Of a stretch of 64,000 nt of DNA, positions 47,608 through 63,926 are shown piece after piece (position 1 is the first letter of the stretch; every line of letters starts with the position of its first letter). Source of the stretch: Zygnema circumcarinatum SAG 698-1b. Lineage: Eukaryota; Plantae; Zygnematophyceae. The stretch is taken from assembly GCA_037447605.1 (NCBI GenBank), contig CM074807.1, positions 496,001 through 560,000 of the forward strand, given 5' to 3'. The notes under the pieces were generated by a model. That model was given only the letters and a program-made list of their open reading frames with translations. It did no database searches and was not told the origin of the DNA. The position numbers were made by a program, and so were the translations under genes.

Positions 47608-48363
47608 TTTTAAAAGGGAGTGCAAGGGTTCAAGTCTCGAATCCCACAATTTCTCACGGCATAAAGAACCACGAGGAGCTAGCCGGCCACAAATGAGAAA
47701 GCTTCAATCGCAATAATAATTTGATTGTCTCAGTAAAGAGGAAATTTGAAGCCGCAGATCAGTGAAAGAAAATGTCAATTGTAGCCTTGTTTGATATTGG
47801 AAGGATAGACTTATAATTCTCCGGTCGAGGGCATTTTCTCATTTTTTTTTTTTTTTTCTACAAATATTTCAAACAAATGTTACATGCATGGCACAAAATG
47901 CTAATGTAAACCAAACTAAAATAAAAAAATAATAATAATAAAACAACAAATAAACAAACAAAAGGTCAACTTCACTGAAAATTTCGAATTTTCTAAAAAG
48001 AAGAAGGCGGCGGTCTACAGCCTCTGCAGTTTGGATTCCGTATGGTACGGAGTGTGGAGGTGTACGAATGTGTACGGAGGTGTACGGTCAATTACTGGGC
48101 CATACAGAAGCATGCAACGAGGCCGGTTCAATCCCTTTTTTTTTTTCCTTGCGCTTTGGCATCCTTCAACTCTCTTGCAACCCGTGGAACTGCAGACAAC
48201 TTTTGAACTTGTGTCCAAGAAGAAAATGTTGCATGAAAGCAATACAACGTTTGGTGTTTCTAACTTTTGAAGTTGATGAAACTCGCTGCATTATGACCTG
48301 TCGAAGTTGCCCGAGCATTGTAGACGACAATCGGTTTCAATCAAATTTTTGAAAGCCTCTGAA

Positions 48364-51300
48364 ATGATATTGCCAGCGGGTGGAAATGGTGATATTTTGT
48401 CTGAATCGGCGCCTGCTGCTGCTGTTTCTTGTGAAGAAGATGTTGACGAACAGAGAGTTTCACTGATCACAGGCAACTATGGGCTTCCAAGAGAGCTGGT
48501 TGACCTATACGCAAGGCGAGGTAAATCCTTTGTCCATGCTAACCTGACCGTCATTCATGGATCCGCTATTCTTATATGAGTCTCTTTTTCTTTCGATGAT
48601 CTATCCTGAAGTGAGCATAACTTGGCTGACACCCTCCTCTGGTTTCGGATGAACATTGTGATACTTTATCGAGAGTCCGTATTTGGAGTTTTCTTAGCAT
48701 GGCACACTTTCTGCATCTGCACACGTGTTACGAACATTTGGTAAATAAGTAGAGAGATGCTTTGTGCAGGAGTCACAAGACTATATGGCTGGCAGCACGC
48801 CTGCCTAGAGGACGTAGATGTGGTCGGAAGTGGAATGTCCCTTATATACAGTGTTCCAACAGGTAAGTTCCAATAGCCGGCTTCTCAAACATTGAATGCA
48901 AAAACCAAAGACGTTTCCGAATGCAGCAAGATTGATGCTGATCGTCAATCTCTGTTCTGTATGTGTGCTTCTGAACTTTACCAGGAGGAGGAAAATCACT
49001 CGTGGTAACATTTCAAGTTCACTCTTTTTCTGACAAAATCTAGAAATACAGAAAAACGCACCTCGTATTCAATTTCTCCGAAAGTATAAGATTATTCATA
49101 CAATCTTCATAATCATTTTAGCAGTGTTTATTGTTTCGTTTCAAATAGTAGTCTTCAATTCCACCGTCACGAAATGTCGGCTGCGTGCAGGCTGAGATTT
49201 TGCTTTTGAAAAACCTGTGCTTGTCTACCTGCGAGAAAGGCGCTATCCAGTTGCTCGTTCTTCCATACATCAGCATCGTCAATGAGAAGGCCGAAGAGCT
49301 CGAGGAACTCGCGGAAAATTTGTCCTTCAACGTTCTGGTGCGGTATTTCTGCCCGGACCTCCGTTCCTCGGGTTATCCATCAAATTGCATGCGAATTTCA
49401 ATGTCTTTTGGCTTATGGCATTCTCCTTGCTTTCGTATTGCAGAGATATTATGGAAGCCACGGGCCCATTCCCCCCTTACCTGGCCCCGCTCTTTGCGTG
49501 TGTACAATTGAAAAGGTATTTCACCTCGCAAACGTCACTTTCTACTGACAATTCTTATCGCCATGGACATGATATACTCCACTTATTCCAAATAATCAAA
49601 CACATTACACTGATTTACATTGAACATGTACAGGCCAACTTGATAGTCAATTGCCTCCTAGAAGAAAACCGTCTGGAAGAGCTTGGAGTTGTCGCGATTG
49701 ACGAGATACATACCATTTCAGACAATGAAAGAGGTATATTGTATCTTGTTTCAATTTATTTGAACGCTCTCCAGATTCTGATTCCATAGCAAACCTCCGA
49801 GCAGTCGATGGCTGTGTCTCTTTTGCTCTTGTCAAGTAACGCAAGTATTACACGTGTTTGCCTGTCTACTGGCAGGAGCTGTTCTCGAGGGTACATTAAT
49901 GAAATTATTGTGTGCTCGAAATGGAGCTCATCGCAAGAACTCTGTACAAATAATTGGTGCAGACCCCCCTGTCACTTCTTCCGCAACTGCCTCAATCCTC
50001 GAGAAATCTGTATCCTTGCAAACTACAGGATTTTCATTCTGATCACTCCTTTTGTGTCCATCCTTCATGCCTGTCATGCTTCTATCTTTCTGCGCTCTTG
50101 GCAGGAATGTCGGCAACAATACCAAACTGCCGAGACATAGCTCGCTGGCTTGGTGCTAAGCTCCACTTGTCGCAAAAAAGGCCAATCCCACTTCATGAGC
50201 ATCTCAAGATTGAAGGCCGTAAAGGCATCTTCACAAAAGGTGGCCTTATGCCGCTGTTTCTGAAATGCAGATTTCAAGTATTGATGACGAGTGTGTACAG
50301 TGTTTGAAAAAATTAAGAACAGTGAATTAGAATGTCTTATAATCAGTATGTTTTGTAACGTGGCTGCAGCTTCATTTATAACTGCTCTGGGATACAATTC
50401 TCCCTGGAAGGGCGGTGCTCCAGTTTCACAAGTTGACGAACTCCGTTTCTACACATCATTGGTAGGCTTCACCACAGCTTAAGGTTCGAGCTCTTCGTCA
50501 TTTCAGGAACAACTAGAAGCAAGGAACTTCTGTATTGCACAACCGATGCTTGAGTAGATGTGACTCTGAATTTTAGATTATTCGATAGTGAACATGCAAC
50601 ACACACAATAACTTTCAACGGGAGACAAGCTATGTACGGAGGTACACAGTACTCAGACAAGCATATGTCATTGTGGTAAATCGCATTCGTCTTACTTTGC
50701 GTATGCGATCAGACCTCCGTTGGATCGACATTAGTATTCTGCCCGTCCAGGATAGCGACACAGTCATTTGCAGTCCAACTTGCAGATTTCCTGTCAACGC
50801 AACTCCAAACTGAGCAAGATGAGGTGGTGAGTGAACATGAGCCCCACTTTCTGCAAAAATGCATTGTAGAGTAATGAAACTGCTCTCGGAGTCGCCATCC
50901 CCGGGCCTTCCAGTAGAGTTGATGATTGCTTTGTTTGAATCTCTTGATGCTCATACATATCCTCTTCCTTCCTACTAATCTATGGCGTTTTTAGCAGATG
51001 CTGGCCAAGAGGCAGTCGCTTGCAGATGAGCTACAGGACATTCAACATAGCGACCAGATTTTACGAAGGTGAACAAATTGATTATTTCGCGCATACTACC
51101 TGCAATCAGATTTGTTACTATTCCGACAAAGTGCTTGCTACTGCAAGCATGTGCTAGGAAATTTTATTTCGAGATACGAACTCACTCGATGATGGCGGAG
51201 GATGTTCCTATGCTGTCTCCTCTATTTGACTGCATGCATTAAGAAAAGCAATTCGACCTTTCTATAGCTGACACTGATACTTCGTTCAATGTTTGGCTTG

Positions 51301-54300
51301 GCATGCTTCAGGATTTTGGTGCAAGCGGGAGTGGCATATCATAACGGAGGTGCAGCACTTAGCTCCTGCAATATAGGACTGCAAAATCTGAGCATTTTTT
51401 TACTGTCGTCAGTGGCTTTCATTGTAACTTGGCCAAATGTTCCTGCAGGTCTAACTCTCAGTGAACGTGAAGTGATTGAAAAAGGCTTCAGATCAAAGAC
51501 CATACGGATTCTTTGTGCCACGTCAACTCTTGCAGCAGGTGAAACTTCAGCGCTAATGACAACCGGGTGGAGATTAGTGACAGAATCATTATTTCATGTT
51601 AGTGACATTTTTGTCATGATGACACTTTACGGCTGACTTCCAGGAGTCAACTTGCCTGCACGAAGAGTCATCCTCAGAGGAGCAATGGTGGGACGAAACT
51701 TCATAAAGCCAAGTCAATACCGCCAGATGATTGGCCGAGCTGGAAGGGTGCGTTTCTGAAAACGAGAGCACATCAAATACTTCAGAATCGAGATGGAGAA
51801 GAGCATGTAACAGTTTAGCTGCAATATACTGAAATTTCTTTGACTATTTTTTGCCTTGACGGAGAAATCAATGTACATTTTGCAGCCGGGTTTGGATCCG
51901 TATGGCGAATCTTATCTTGTAGTGAAAGTGAATGAATGTGAAGCTGCCAAAGCGCTTATGATAGAGCCCATGGATGACTGCAAGTCCGCCCTCCTTGAGA
52001 GCGAGAACAGATTTGTACGGCTATGCTTGGAGCTTATATGTTGCGGGCTTGCTAGATCGGTGAGTATGTGAATTCAAGGAAAAAATGTAATCTTATTTAG
52101 ATTCATCAGTATGTCGTCAGCAGGACTGATTGGAGTGGTTTGATATGCATAGAAATGAAGACAAGGCACTTGACAATTGCGTATCTGTCGTAAATATGTA
52201 TTGGGAACTCTGCCTTGCAGGTTGAACAACTTCAAAATTGCCTCGCGTGCTCCTACTTGGCGATCCATGTGCCCCTTGCTGACATCCTGTTGCGGATGAA
52301 GAACGCATTACAAATTTTGACAACAAAGGGGTTCTTAACTCAGACGGGGGAAGGCGTGCTTGAGCCCGCACCGTTAGGGAAAGCAACTTTCAAATCGGCA
52401 TTTACCATTGAGGTGAAAGCGTCAGGGATGCCTATTCTGCACTTTAATCTAAACATCAAGAACCTGCAAGTCCATCGAAATATATCTGCATCCATGTTAG
52501 GTACAGCTTGTCGCATAGCGTTTCACTCATGAGCTCACCAATCGATATAAAAAACACGATGAATCTTCATCTGATTTTGTCTTTCTGATCAGGTGGCATT
52601 GATTGTGAGAGAGCAACTCCTTGCAGCCCAGAACAGTCTTGTGCTCGCAAACGACTTGGTTAGTTACTACTCTTATTCTCAATCCTCTATGTCTTTAATG
52701 CACAGATGAGTAACATAAAATATGTCATTTCGAGCTAATACCGCTGCCTGTATCTCTGCATATGCAGCATATGGTCTATCTGACAACTCCCGTTTCGAAC
52801 CTTCCCGAGCCCGATTGGCCTCTGTATCCTCTTCTCTCCCCTGTGTCCATACACTGGTCTGAAGGGTTGCTCATTCATGTATTCAGATTATTCTGATTTT
52901 CTTAGAAGCTTGAAGTGGGCTGCCCGGAAAAAAAGCAGGATAATAGAAAGTACTCCTTGACTGCAGCCTTCCTCATGTTCAATAGATTTTTCAGACTCCT
53001 GTTTCAACTGGACGATGGACAAATCCAAGTTGCCAGGGCTGTTGGCCTCACTGCGAGATCCCTCCAAATGAGAGGTATGTATGTATGTATGTATGTATGC
53101 CTGCCTTTCCCCTAGTTGGGGACTATTCCAACAAGGACCAAGTTCTCGCTTATAACCCCGTCCTTTGGGGCAAGTGCGAGGACCGGTCCTGTCAAAAGTT
53201 GGTATCGTCTCCTAACGAAACAATGTACCGTATGTCTCCCTCTCCCTCTCCCTCTCCCTCCCTCTCCCTCTCCCTCTCCCTCTCCCTCTCCCTCTCCCTC
53301 TCCCTCTCCCTCTCCCTCTCCCTCCCATACGATCATACTGCTATACGCAGGTATGGGTCTGCAGTCTTGCGAACCTTCAAACAGCCGAGAGATGTTCAAC
53401 GCAAAGCGCTTTTGGGCTGCCCTGATCTTACACGATGCAATTCACGAAGTTCCCATTGGAAAATTGGCAAGCAAGTATAACCTTACATGCGGTTCTATAC
53501 AGGCGCTGATGACCAGTGGTAAGACATTGTCGTGCTTCATACAATATGGCTTTTACTGGTTTCCAAAACAGCTGATCAACAATGCATCATTGCTGCACCG
53601 ATCCATGCAGTGTCTGTATTTTTTAGAAGACTAACGTCACGCCATTTAAGGCCGCTTGCAGCTTCTTTCTTTGCCTACTCCATGGTTGGATATTGCAAAG
53701 TTATGGGATGGTGGGCACTGGAGCTCATCATCGCTAACTACATTGCCAGGCTAGGTGAGAACCAGTACTTCGACAAAGGTGCAGTAATGAAGTTCTAACC
53801 TTTGTCGGCTATTGATTCTTTTCAGAGTCCTTGCCTTCCATACTGTATGGAATTTTGATTAAAGTTTATTCAACTTTTCCGTGTTTGTGGTTTATGCCTG
53901 ACAATTTCCAGGCGCGGGAGTGAAGCTTGACGTTGTGCAGCTCGTTGAAGTTCCTCTTGTGGGAGCAAAACGTGCAAGGGCTCTGTGAGTAAAAGGATCA
54001 AGATCAAGGGCAAGGGCCCCAAACAGCCTCAATTTCCCTAAAATATGTGGGAGTATGGGAAATGAACTAACGCTGGTTAACCAGCCATGGTGGTCAATGG
54101 CTGGTTAGCTAACCAACTCACTAACACGGTAACTTGTGTGTAGATACGAAGCCGGCATCAGGACAGTGGAAGCTCTGGCTCAAGCAAAGCCGGAGCAGCT
54201 GATCCGCTCCTTGAGGACTGCGCTGGGGCCCTACCCCATGCACTCGGCCGTCGCCATAATAAGGGGCGCACAGAAGGTTTTGCGCGGGAAGGCGGGGCAG

Positions 54301-54354
54301 CTAAAGAGCGCTGCGGAGCGTCTGCTCGCAGACCAAGCGGCAGCTTCTTCATAA
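48364..54354 (+). CDS. HELQ: Stand-alone HELQ/Hel308-like (Ski2-like SF2, POLQ-family) DNA helicase without polymerase domain
   Basis: Q-motif LYGWQ; Walker A PTGGGKS; [10 protein letters not shown]; DEIH; GMSATIPN; RPIPLHEH; LVFCPSR; [10 protein letters not shown]; [17 protein letters not shown]; [16 protein letters not shown]; C-terminal Hh[23 protein letters not shown] then [18 protein letters not shown] and stop at 54354. Over 20 short exons. Start uncertain (at or before 48364). Confidence 0.85.
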
Positions 54355-54964
54355 AGCCATTCAAGCAATGTCAATGTTACCAAGCACATCAGCAAGATCC
54401 TTAGGCAATGAAATTAAGCAAAGGAAGGGTAAGGTAAGGCCCACAATCGAGCTAATACATCGCGGGAACAACGAGAAGGTCCACGCCGGTCTCAAGAGCT
54501 TGCAGCAGTACCCACAAGGGGGGAGAGAGAATGAGGGAGAGAGAGAGAGAGAGAGAGTGAGAGCGAGAGCGAAAGCTGCTCTATTCATTTTTTACTTGGC
54601 ATGTTATTGATTTTTCTTCCCAACTCCGCCATGAGGACCTTCTGTGAACCGGAGTTACTCGGTACAAGTTTTTTCGCATATAATTATGGTCAGAATTGCA
54701 CAGCACCACGTTTTAGACTATCAGAGAACCCACGAGATAGTGCTCACAACTCACATTTCTTGATTTTAAGAGTCCCAAAAGTTGTTCGAATCACATCGTT
54801 CTATTAGACTGACAGACGCACATCATCAACTGGAGAAAACTTGGAAAATGCTGCACGAGATGAGGTTCGAACTCCGCACCTAAAAAAAAAAAACCCTCTC
54901 TCAACAACTACCATCTGCCAGCGAGGCAGCTCGGTCCAGCTCGGTCTTGTTGCCATGCTGGCGC

Positions 54965-55180
54965 TGACTCATTCTCACCTCTAGCCGCGTCATTTTGCCA
55001 CGTGGCACGCCCTGAGTCAGCTCTCTGCATGCAGTCCGTCCTCCTCGGGCCTCCTCGGGCCTCCTCGTGACTCGGATTGCAATACTTTATATACGTGGCA
55101 ACTTCTTATTGGTCCAGTTTTAAGAGGTGGGACCCGCAGGACGAGCCCTTTGGCCGCCGACATCTCCTCGTGGGCCACGT
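54965..55180 (+). promoter_or_regulatory. bZIP-site cluster upstream of the rhodanese gene
   Basis: TGACTCA ~54966, perfect G-box GCCACGTGGC 54997-55006, TGAGTCA ~55013, TACGTGGC ~55093, GCCACGTC ~55173. Confidence 0.55.
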
Positions 55181-55386
55181 CGGATCCACCTCATGCTGCG
55201 ATGTTCAGAATCAGCACCTGGAGTGCTCCAAACATAGACTGAATACCCTGCAAACGGTAAAAATTTGAGCAGGTGCAAACGACCATCCTGCTGCCAACTG
55301 TGAGAGAGTTGGTGCCCGCTTCCTGCAGTCGCTATTTTTTTGGTCTCGCATTTTCTCTCGCGCAAACTCTCCGCATTTCTCTCATC

Positions 55387-57852
55387 ATGGCAGTAGCAAT
55401 CTCTGCGAGCGTGGCCTGCAATGCGGCGTCAGGACTGCTGACAACGGAGGTTTCGTTCAGGGATGCAGTGCGGCTGCAAGCCGTCGCCGTCCGACCTGTG
55501 CCCAGGCGTTCCTCGCAGGTCACAGAAGCTATGGTTTCCGGAGGCGTGCGCACTGGAAACAGGAGGTAAATACAGGAGACTTCTTGGTTTTCTTATTAGT
55601 TTGTTAGCTTTTTTGTTCTTTATTGCATCTGGACGCACTGCTGATAGGAAAACAAAATTTAAGCTTGCTGTGACGTGATTGATTTTTTTGCGTGTACTGC
55701 GCGAGCAGATAATCTTTACGCATTCCTGATTTCAATATACTGTCGGAAATGAAGGAAATGTCTCATTAATGCTTTTCCGAGCACCTAATCACTTTTGATT
55801 GCTTAGCTGCTACGGTTTTGACACGTGGTAATGCGCTCTCTGTTTTTTTCTTATCTCGCAAATGCGATGTCCTGTGTCTGCGTTTGGAATGTGAGAATGC
55901 TTCATGCTTGATCGATGATGGTCCTTTCCCACATGAATTTGTTCACTTCAAGGTACAGGCAAGATGCAATCTTAAACATGCGCATTTTCCTAACAGAATT
56001 TGCAGTCAAGAGCATCATACATTGAACGACTCGTTCAATCATCAAAAACAGTCGATTACAATAGCATCATTTGTTAGACATTCTCATTCCCCGCGGCTAC
56101 GTTGGCAAGTTGCCCCAAAATCTTCTGCGACTAACCTGTTGGATGAATTCTGTTGCAGTCTTCGAAAGGGACTGCTACTGACTACGTACATTGAACATTT
56201 AGAATGAGTTCACTGCACGCGAATGGCATGGCAGTGAAGAATAAAGCTTCTTTCTATGTCAAAACGGCTGTTCTGATGATACTGAGTTTTTGTCTCCATT
56301 GTTCCAACAAACTCATTCAATTGCTTGACACACTCAGCATTTTTGTATCCATGTGCAGCTTGAGGCTTCGAGCAACCACAGGAGAGCAGATTACAGTACG
56401 AAGTGTGCCAGTTCAAGTAGTATGGGAGCTTTTGGAGGCCGGGCACAGATATCTAGATGTCAGGTACATAAATTACTAGACAGTTATCTCCCAGCGGGAG
56501 TACGAAAATTGAGGAAACATGTTACTTTCTTGTTTGTGATTGACAGAGATTCCAATTATATGCATGTATGTTATTATGAAATGGTTATCTCATTTCAAGG
56601 CGTGTTTACATTGTGTTCTTAATGGGCAGGACACCTGAAGAATTCCTTGAAAGCCATGTAGAGGGAGCCGTAAATGTTCCGTACATGTTTCGGCACCAAG
56701 GAGGTGAGGTATTTGGCCTGCTGTAACTTTTTATAGCAACAAATCAGCCAACCAAACTTATGGTTTCATTCACACTGTAATGAGCGTTACACAGCATTCT
56801 GTGACATTCAAACTGTAGAACGATGAATGCCGATTTATGTAACTGTATGGCTCACTCTATCGCTTCCCTCCCGGCTTTCTTGTATGGTTGCATTTATGTG
56901 ACCCTCACATGCAACAAGTATTGCTTGAGCTGGTCTGGCTATTGCTTGATGGGAACAATGGAGCTGTTTTTCAGGGATGACAAAAAACACAACTTTCTTG
57001 GAGGAAGTCAGCGAGCACTTTGACAAAGGAGACGAGATTGTGGTGGTAAGTTCTAGTGAGATTGATGTAGACACAGTAGGGGAGGGTCCACTTGAATGTA
57101 ATGTGCTGATTCGATCATTCGGCTCTGAGAAAGTATATTGAAAGCTAGAAAATTTTCCTTCAAAATATAGATAACGGCTTCACTCTGTCTCATCTATGAT
57201 CTGGTACATTTTTGTATGGAAAAGTACCAGCACAAAGAATCTCGTCTTATGTGACATATTTTATAAGCAAATGTCGAACAGCTAAGCAGACTGGTCGAAA
57301 AAACGAATGAGGAGCAATTGTTAAGTAGACTTCCAGTTGACGATTTTCAATGTGAAATATTGTTGCGAGTTGAAAAGTGATGTCAAAGTCTGTTGCCGCT
57401 GTTTAAGCCATGCATGTTACAATGCCGATGCCGATGCTAGAAATGATAGTTCCTGTACGCATTTTCATGGTATGCTTGATCGTTTTGGTTTTCAGGGATG
57501 TCAAAGTGGGAAACGATCACTTATGGCCGTCAAGGATCTGCAGAGCGCTGTGAGTATACTCTTTCTTGAGTAGTGCAACAAATGAAAACCTCAGCTGCTC
57601 TGCATTCAGGACTGAGGATCGAGCTAGTCCTTCATTGAGCACTTGGTGTGAACTGTGAAATGGGGTAGTACAGGCCATAGGGAAGTCGATAGCCGTTCTT
57701 TTTCTATGTGCCATTGGAGACTTATATTGCCTTACTGATCCTTTTCTTATATTGGTGTTCATTTTCCACAGGATTACATCTGCATTACAGACATGGGAGG
57801 CGGCTTCAATGTCTGGCTGGAGAGCGGCCTCCCAGTGACCAGGAGGACATAG
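55387..57852 (+). CDS. Single-domain rhodanese/sulfurtransferase, STR15/STR16 (SEN1/DIN1) type, probably plastid-targeted
   Basis: Exons 55387-55565, 56359-56463 (SVPVQV...YLDVR), 56630-56703 (TPEEF..SH..GAVNVPYM), 56975-57045, 57496-57549 (active loop CQSGKRS), 57772-57852 (DMGGGF..W..SGLPV*). Confidence 0.92.
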
Positions 57853-59895
57853 TTTCCATCCACTTTCCATAATTCCATTCCGTGCACTTCCCAGATTGCC
57901 AAATTATGTGAAAATACATTGAACTCAGCACTAGCATAATATGGAGGTCGTTTGAGTCGATTCGAGGAACTGGAAGACGCTGGCGGGTCTATCCCAATTG
58001 CGATTCTCGTCTTAAGGAAGAAGAATGCCCGCCTTCGAAGCGCTTTGCACAGCGGAGAAACTTCTTTATAGAGGGTATTGCAGGAAAGTTTTGAGTGACG
58101 GGCAGATCGTGTACATAATGCATTGCTTGTTTTGGCTGCAGTAGTAGTGTGTATAGCTTGCAGAGTATTTCAAGTGGGCTCCTAGAGGGGGGAGAGCGAG
58201 AGAGAGACAGACAGAAATTGAGAGTGAGAGAGAAGGTACTTTGGGAGGACGAGAAAGGCGGGATGGAGCCGAGCGCCTCCTCTGCTCCTGGCGAGAATCG
58301 AAGTCAAGGGGACAGAAAAACTTGTATGAATAACTTCACTAGATGCCATAGGTGAGAAGTTCTCATGTGAGAACGATTGAGTTTCTTTTTTTTGTTGGAT
58401 CGGAACGTCTTTTTTGTGTGAACGAGCAAAAGTTTAGCACCCCTGGGGTCAAACCTTCTAATATGGTAAGCGGATTCGAGGGGAGTTTTCTGGTCCTGTT
58501 TTGCACATGGAGGAGGTGCTGTCTGCCAGGGAGGATTTGTGAAATTGGGAAGTGTTTGCAGATACATGTTTCAGTACGAAGACCCTCTCTCTCTCTCTCT
58601 CCCTCTCTCCCTCTCTTTCTCTCTCTCTCTCTCTGATCTCTAGGTTTCTTTCTCTCTACCAAAGTATTATAGATTTGGGCTGATGCCAGGCATGCTTGAT
58701 GGTATGCAAATGCATGTTTCAGCACCTGAGGGTCTGTCTGAAAGGAAGTTCTCTAAACCCTGTCCCTGAGCCCCTGAACCATGGCCGACTCTGAACCCTC
58801 CCAGACCCTGAGCCCAAAGCTCTGAGCCTTGAAGCTGAACCTTGCCCAGCCCTGGCCCCTAGAGTCCCACAAGCCCCCGCCTGCACATGTGACCTGTACA
58901 ACAAGGCAGCAAGTCCTCAGAAAAAGGCCGAAGGTCCTCAGCATGTTCTACGGAAACCAGCCGTCACACATAGCACTTAAAACAAAACAATTCGTTGAAA
59001 ACAAAAAACGATCAATTGTTTGAACCGTTTGAATTAAAATCTGGTACAAAAGAAAAACGCAGAATCGACGAAGAAAAAGACGAGAAGTGAAAGATTGGTC
59101 GACGAGCTCTCCAAAAGAGTGAGCCAAAAACTACTACCACATTTGTCCCCTTCTTCGAATTCTCAGGACCTGCACATACTTTGAACGAGGACATTTCTGA
59201 CATCCCCATTTAAAAAAAGGAATAGGAAATAAAATTCTGGGTCCTCGAGAAGAGGAAAATCCTTCTCAAAAGTCTATTCCCCCATTCAGAAAGGGAGAAA
59301 AATCGCAGCTGCCTTTCAATGGCAGCAACAGGAGCGATAATTTCCTTCCATTTCCTGCCTCTCTGATCCATGGAGGCATTCCCCTTGCCGTTCACCCTTC
59401 ACTGTTTCTCTGCTCTCTGTCAAAGGAATCGGAACTTTGTCTAAGAAAACTGCGTGGAAAGAACGAATCTGCTAAAACTATAACGTTAAGAATGAGCCCT
59501 TGCTGCTCCCTCCTTCGCTCCTTCTCCACTCCCTTCTGCCACTCTCTCAGGAGGGCAGCCATGGAAACTCGGGAAGAACACTCCCTCCTGCTCTATCTGT
59601 GTACACCATGTACAGGGAAAACCTCCGACTTCTTTTACCTTCTTTCGAAAAAGAAAAAAGTACGAACGATAGAAGGAGAAGAAGCGAAGCGAAATGAAGG
59701 TGGGGGGGGGGGGGGGGGGGGGGGNNNNNNNNNNGGGGGGGGGGGGGGGGGGGGGGGGGAGGAGGAAAGTATGGGCGGAATAAACGAATGGAAGGAAGGA
59801 GGGAAGGAGGGAGGACTGCAAAGGCTGAATTGGTCGAACCTAAGCTCCTACACTCCTACACTGCTGAAGTCCTAAACCCTAAACCCTAAACCCTC

Positions 59896-63069
<3,174 letters not shown>

Positions 63070-63791
63070 GGTGGAGGGGGAGGGGNNNNNNNNNNACGGG
63101 GGAGCGGGAAGGAAGGCGTGGGGGGGAGGGGGAGGGGAGAAGTGGGGGAAGTGGGGGAAGTTGGAGAAGGGGGGGGGGTGTTTGGGGAATGGAGGTGAAG
63201 GGCAAGGGGGAGTGGGAGGGGAGGGGGGTGGAGGAGGGGGTTGGGGTAGGGGGTCAGAGGAGGTGGGGGAAATTGAAGGTTGGAGTTTGAAGGAGAGGTT
63301 AGGATTAGGGTTGGGGGAGGGGGGATGAAGAAGGAGGGCGACGATTAAGGATGAGAATTAGGGTTACGGATCCGGAAGAAAGGTACGATCGAGGTTGCAG
63401 GCAGGGTAGGTCGAGAATTCGGGGTTCAGACGGGAAAATTAGGGTCCAGACGAGGATTTAGGGTGGAAGAGATTGAAGGACGGTGATAGATCAAGCGCGA
63501 GAGGGAAGGAAGAAGGTCCTCTATGTTTGGAATTCGGAAAGAGGAAGCAGAAGGAGAAAGACGAGAGTTTGGTTGCGAAAAAAATCAAATTCAGCGCCGC
63601 AGAGAAGAAGCCCTTAAAAGAAACAAAAGAATCTCCTGGTAAGTAAAGAGAATGCAGGACGAGGATAATTAGGGTTGTGAGGAGCAGAATAAGTGTCTAC
63701 CCTGAACCCTAAAATTCAAGCTTCCTTTCCCACCCTTAGCACTTCCCACCCCTTTCTGAAGGAGCCCCTGCGTCTCGGAGGAGGGGCCGCT

Positions 63792-63926
63792 CTATTTATA
63801 CTTAAGCTGGCGGACCGGAGGTTGGGGGATTTAGTACGGGATGTACGAACAATACGGACCGTACGACTCGCACGAATAGTACGGACACATGTACTGTACG
63901 GAAATGTAAGGAGATCAACGGTACGG
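63792..63926 (-). promoter_or_regulatory. Putative TFIIB core promoter: TATAAATAG box with an upstream CCGTAC/GTACGG cluster
   Basis: ctatttata at 63792-63800 (TATAAATAG on -). Five CCGTAC/GTACGG hexamers and seven GTAC cores lie within 63834-63926. Confidence 0.55.

Noticed and set aside
47331-47620. Possible small minus-strand gene downstream of a telomere-like array, with an 8-bp hairpin at 47440-47489
   Set aside because: No recognisable protein or splice structure; the short stem is expected by chance
48500-54140. Many short introns in HELQ as possible introner elements
   Set aside because: No sequence similarity or terminal repeats seen among the introns; splice sites are canonical GT-AG
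54850-54885. GGTTCGAAC resembling a tRNA T-loop/B-box
   Set aside because: No cloverleaf, D-arm or A-box can be built; also no tRNA at the GGTTCAAGTC near 47628
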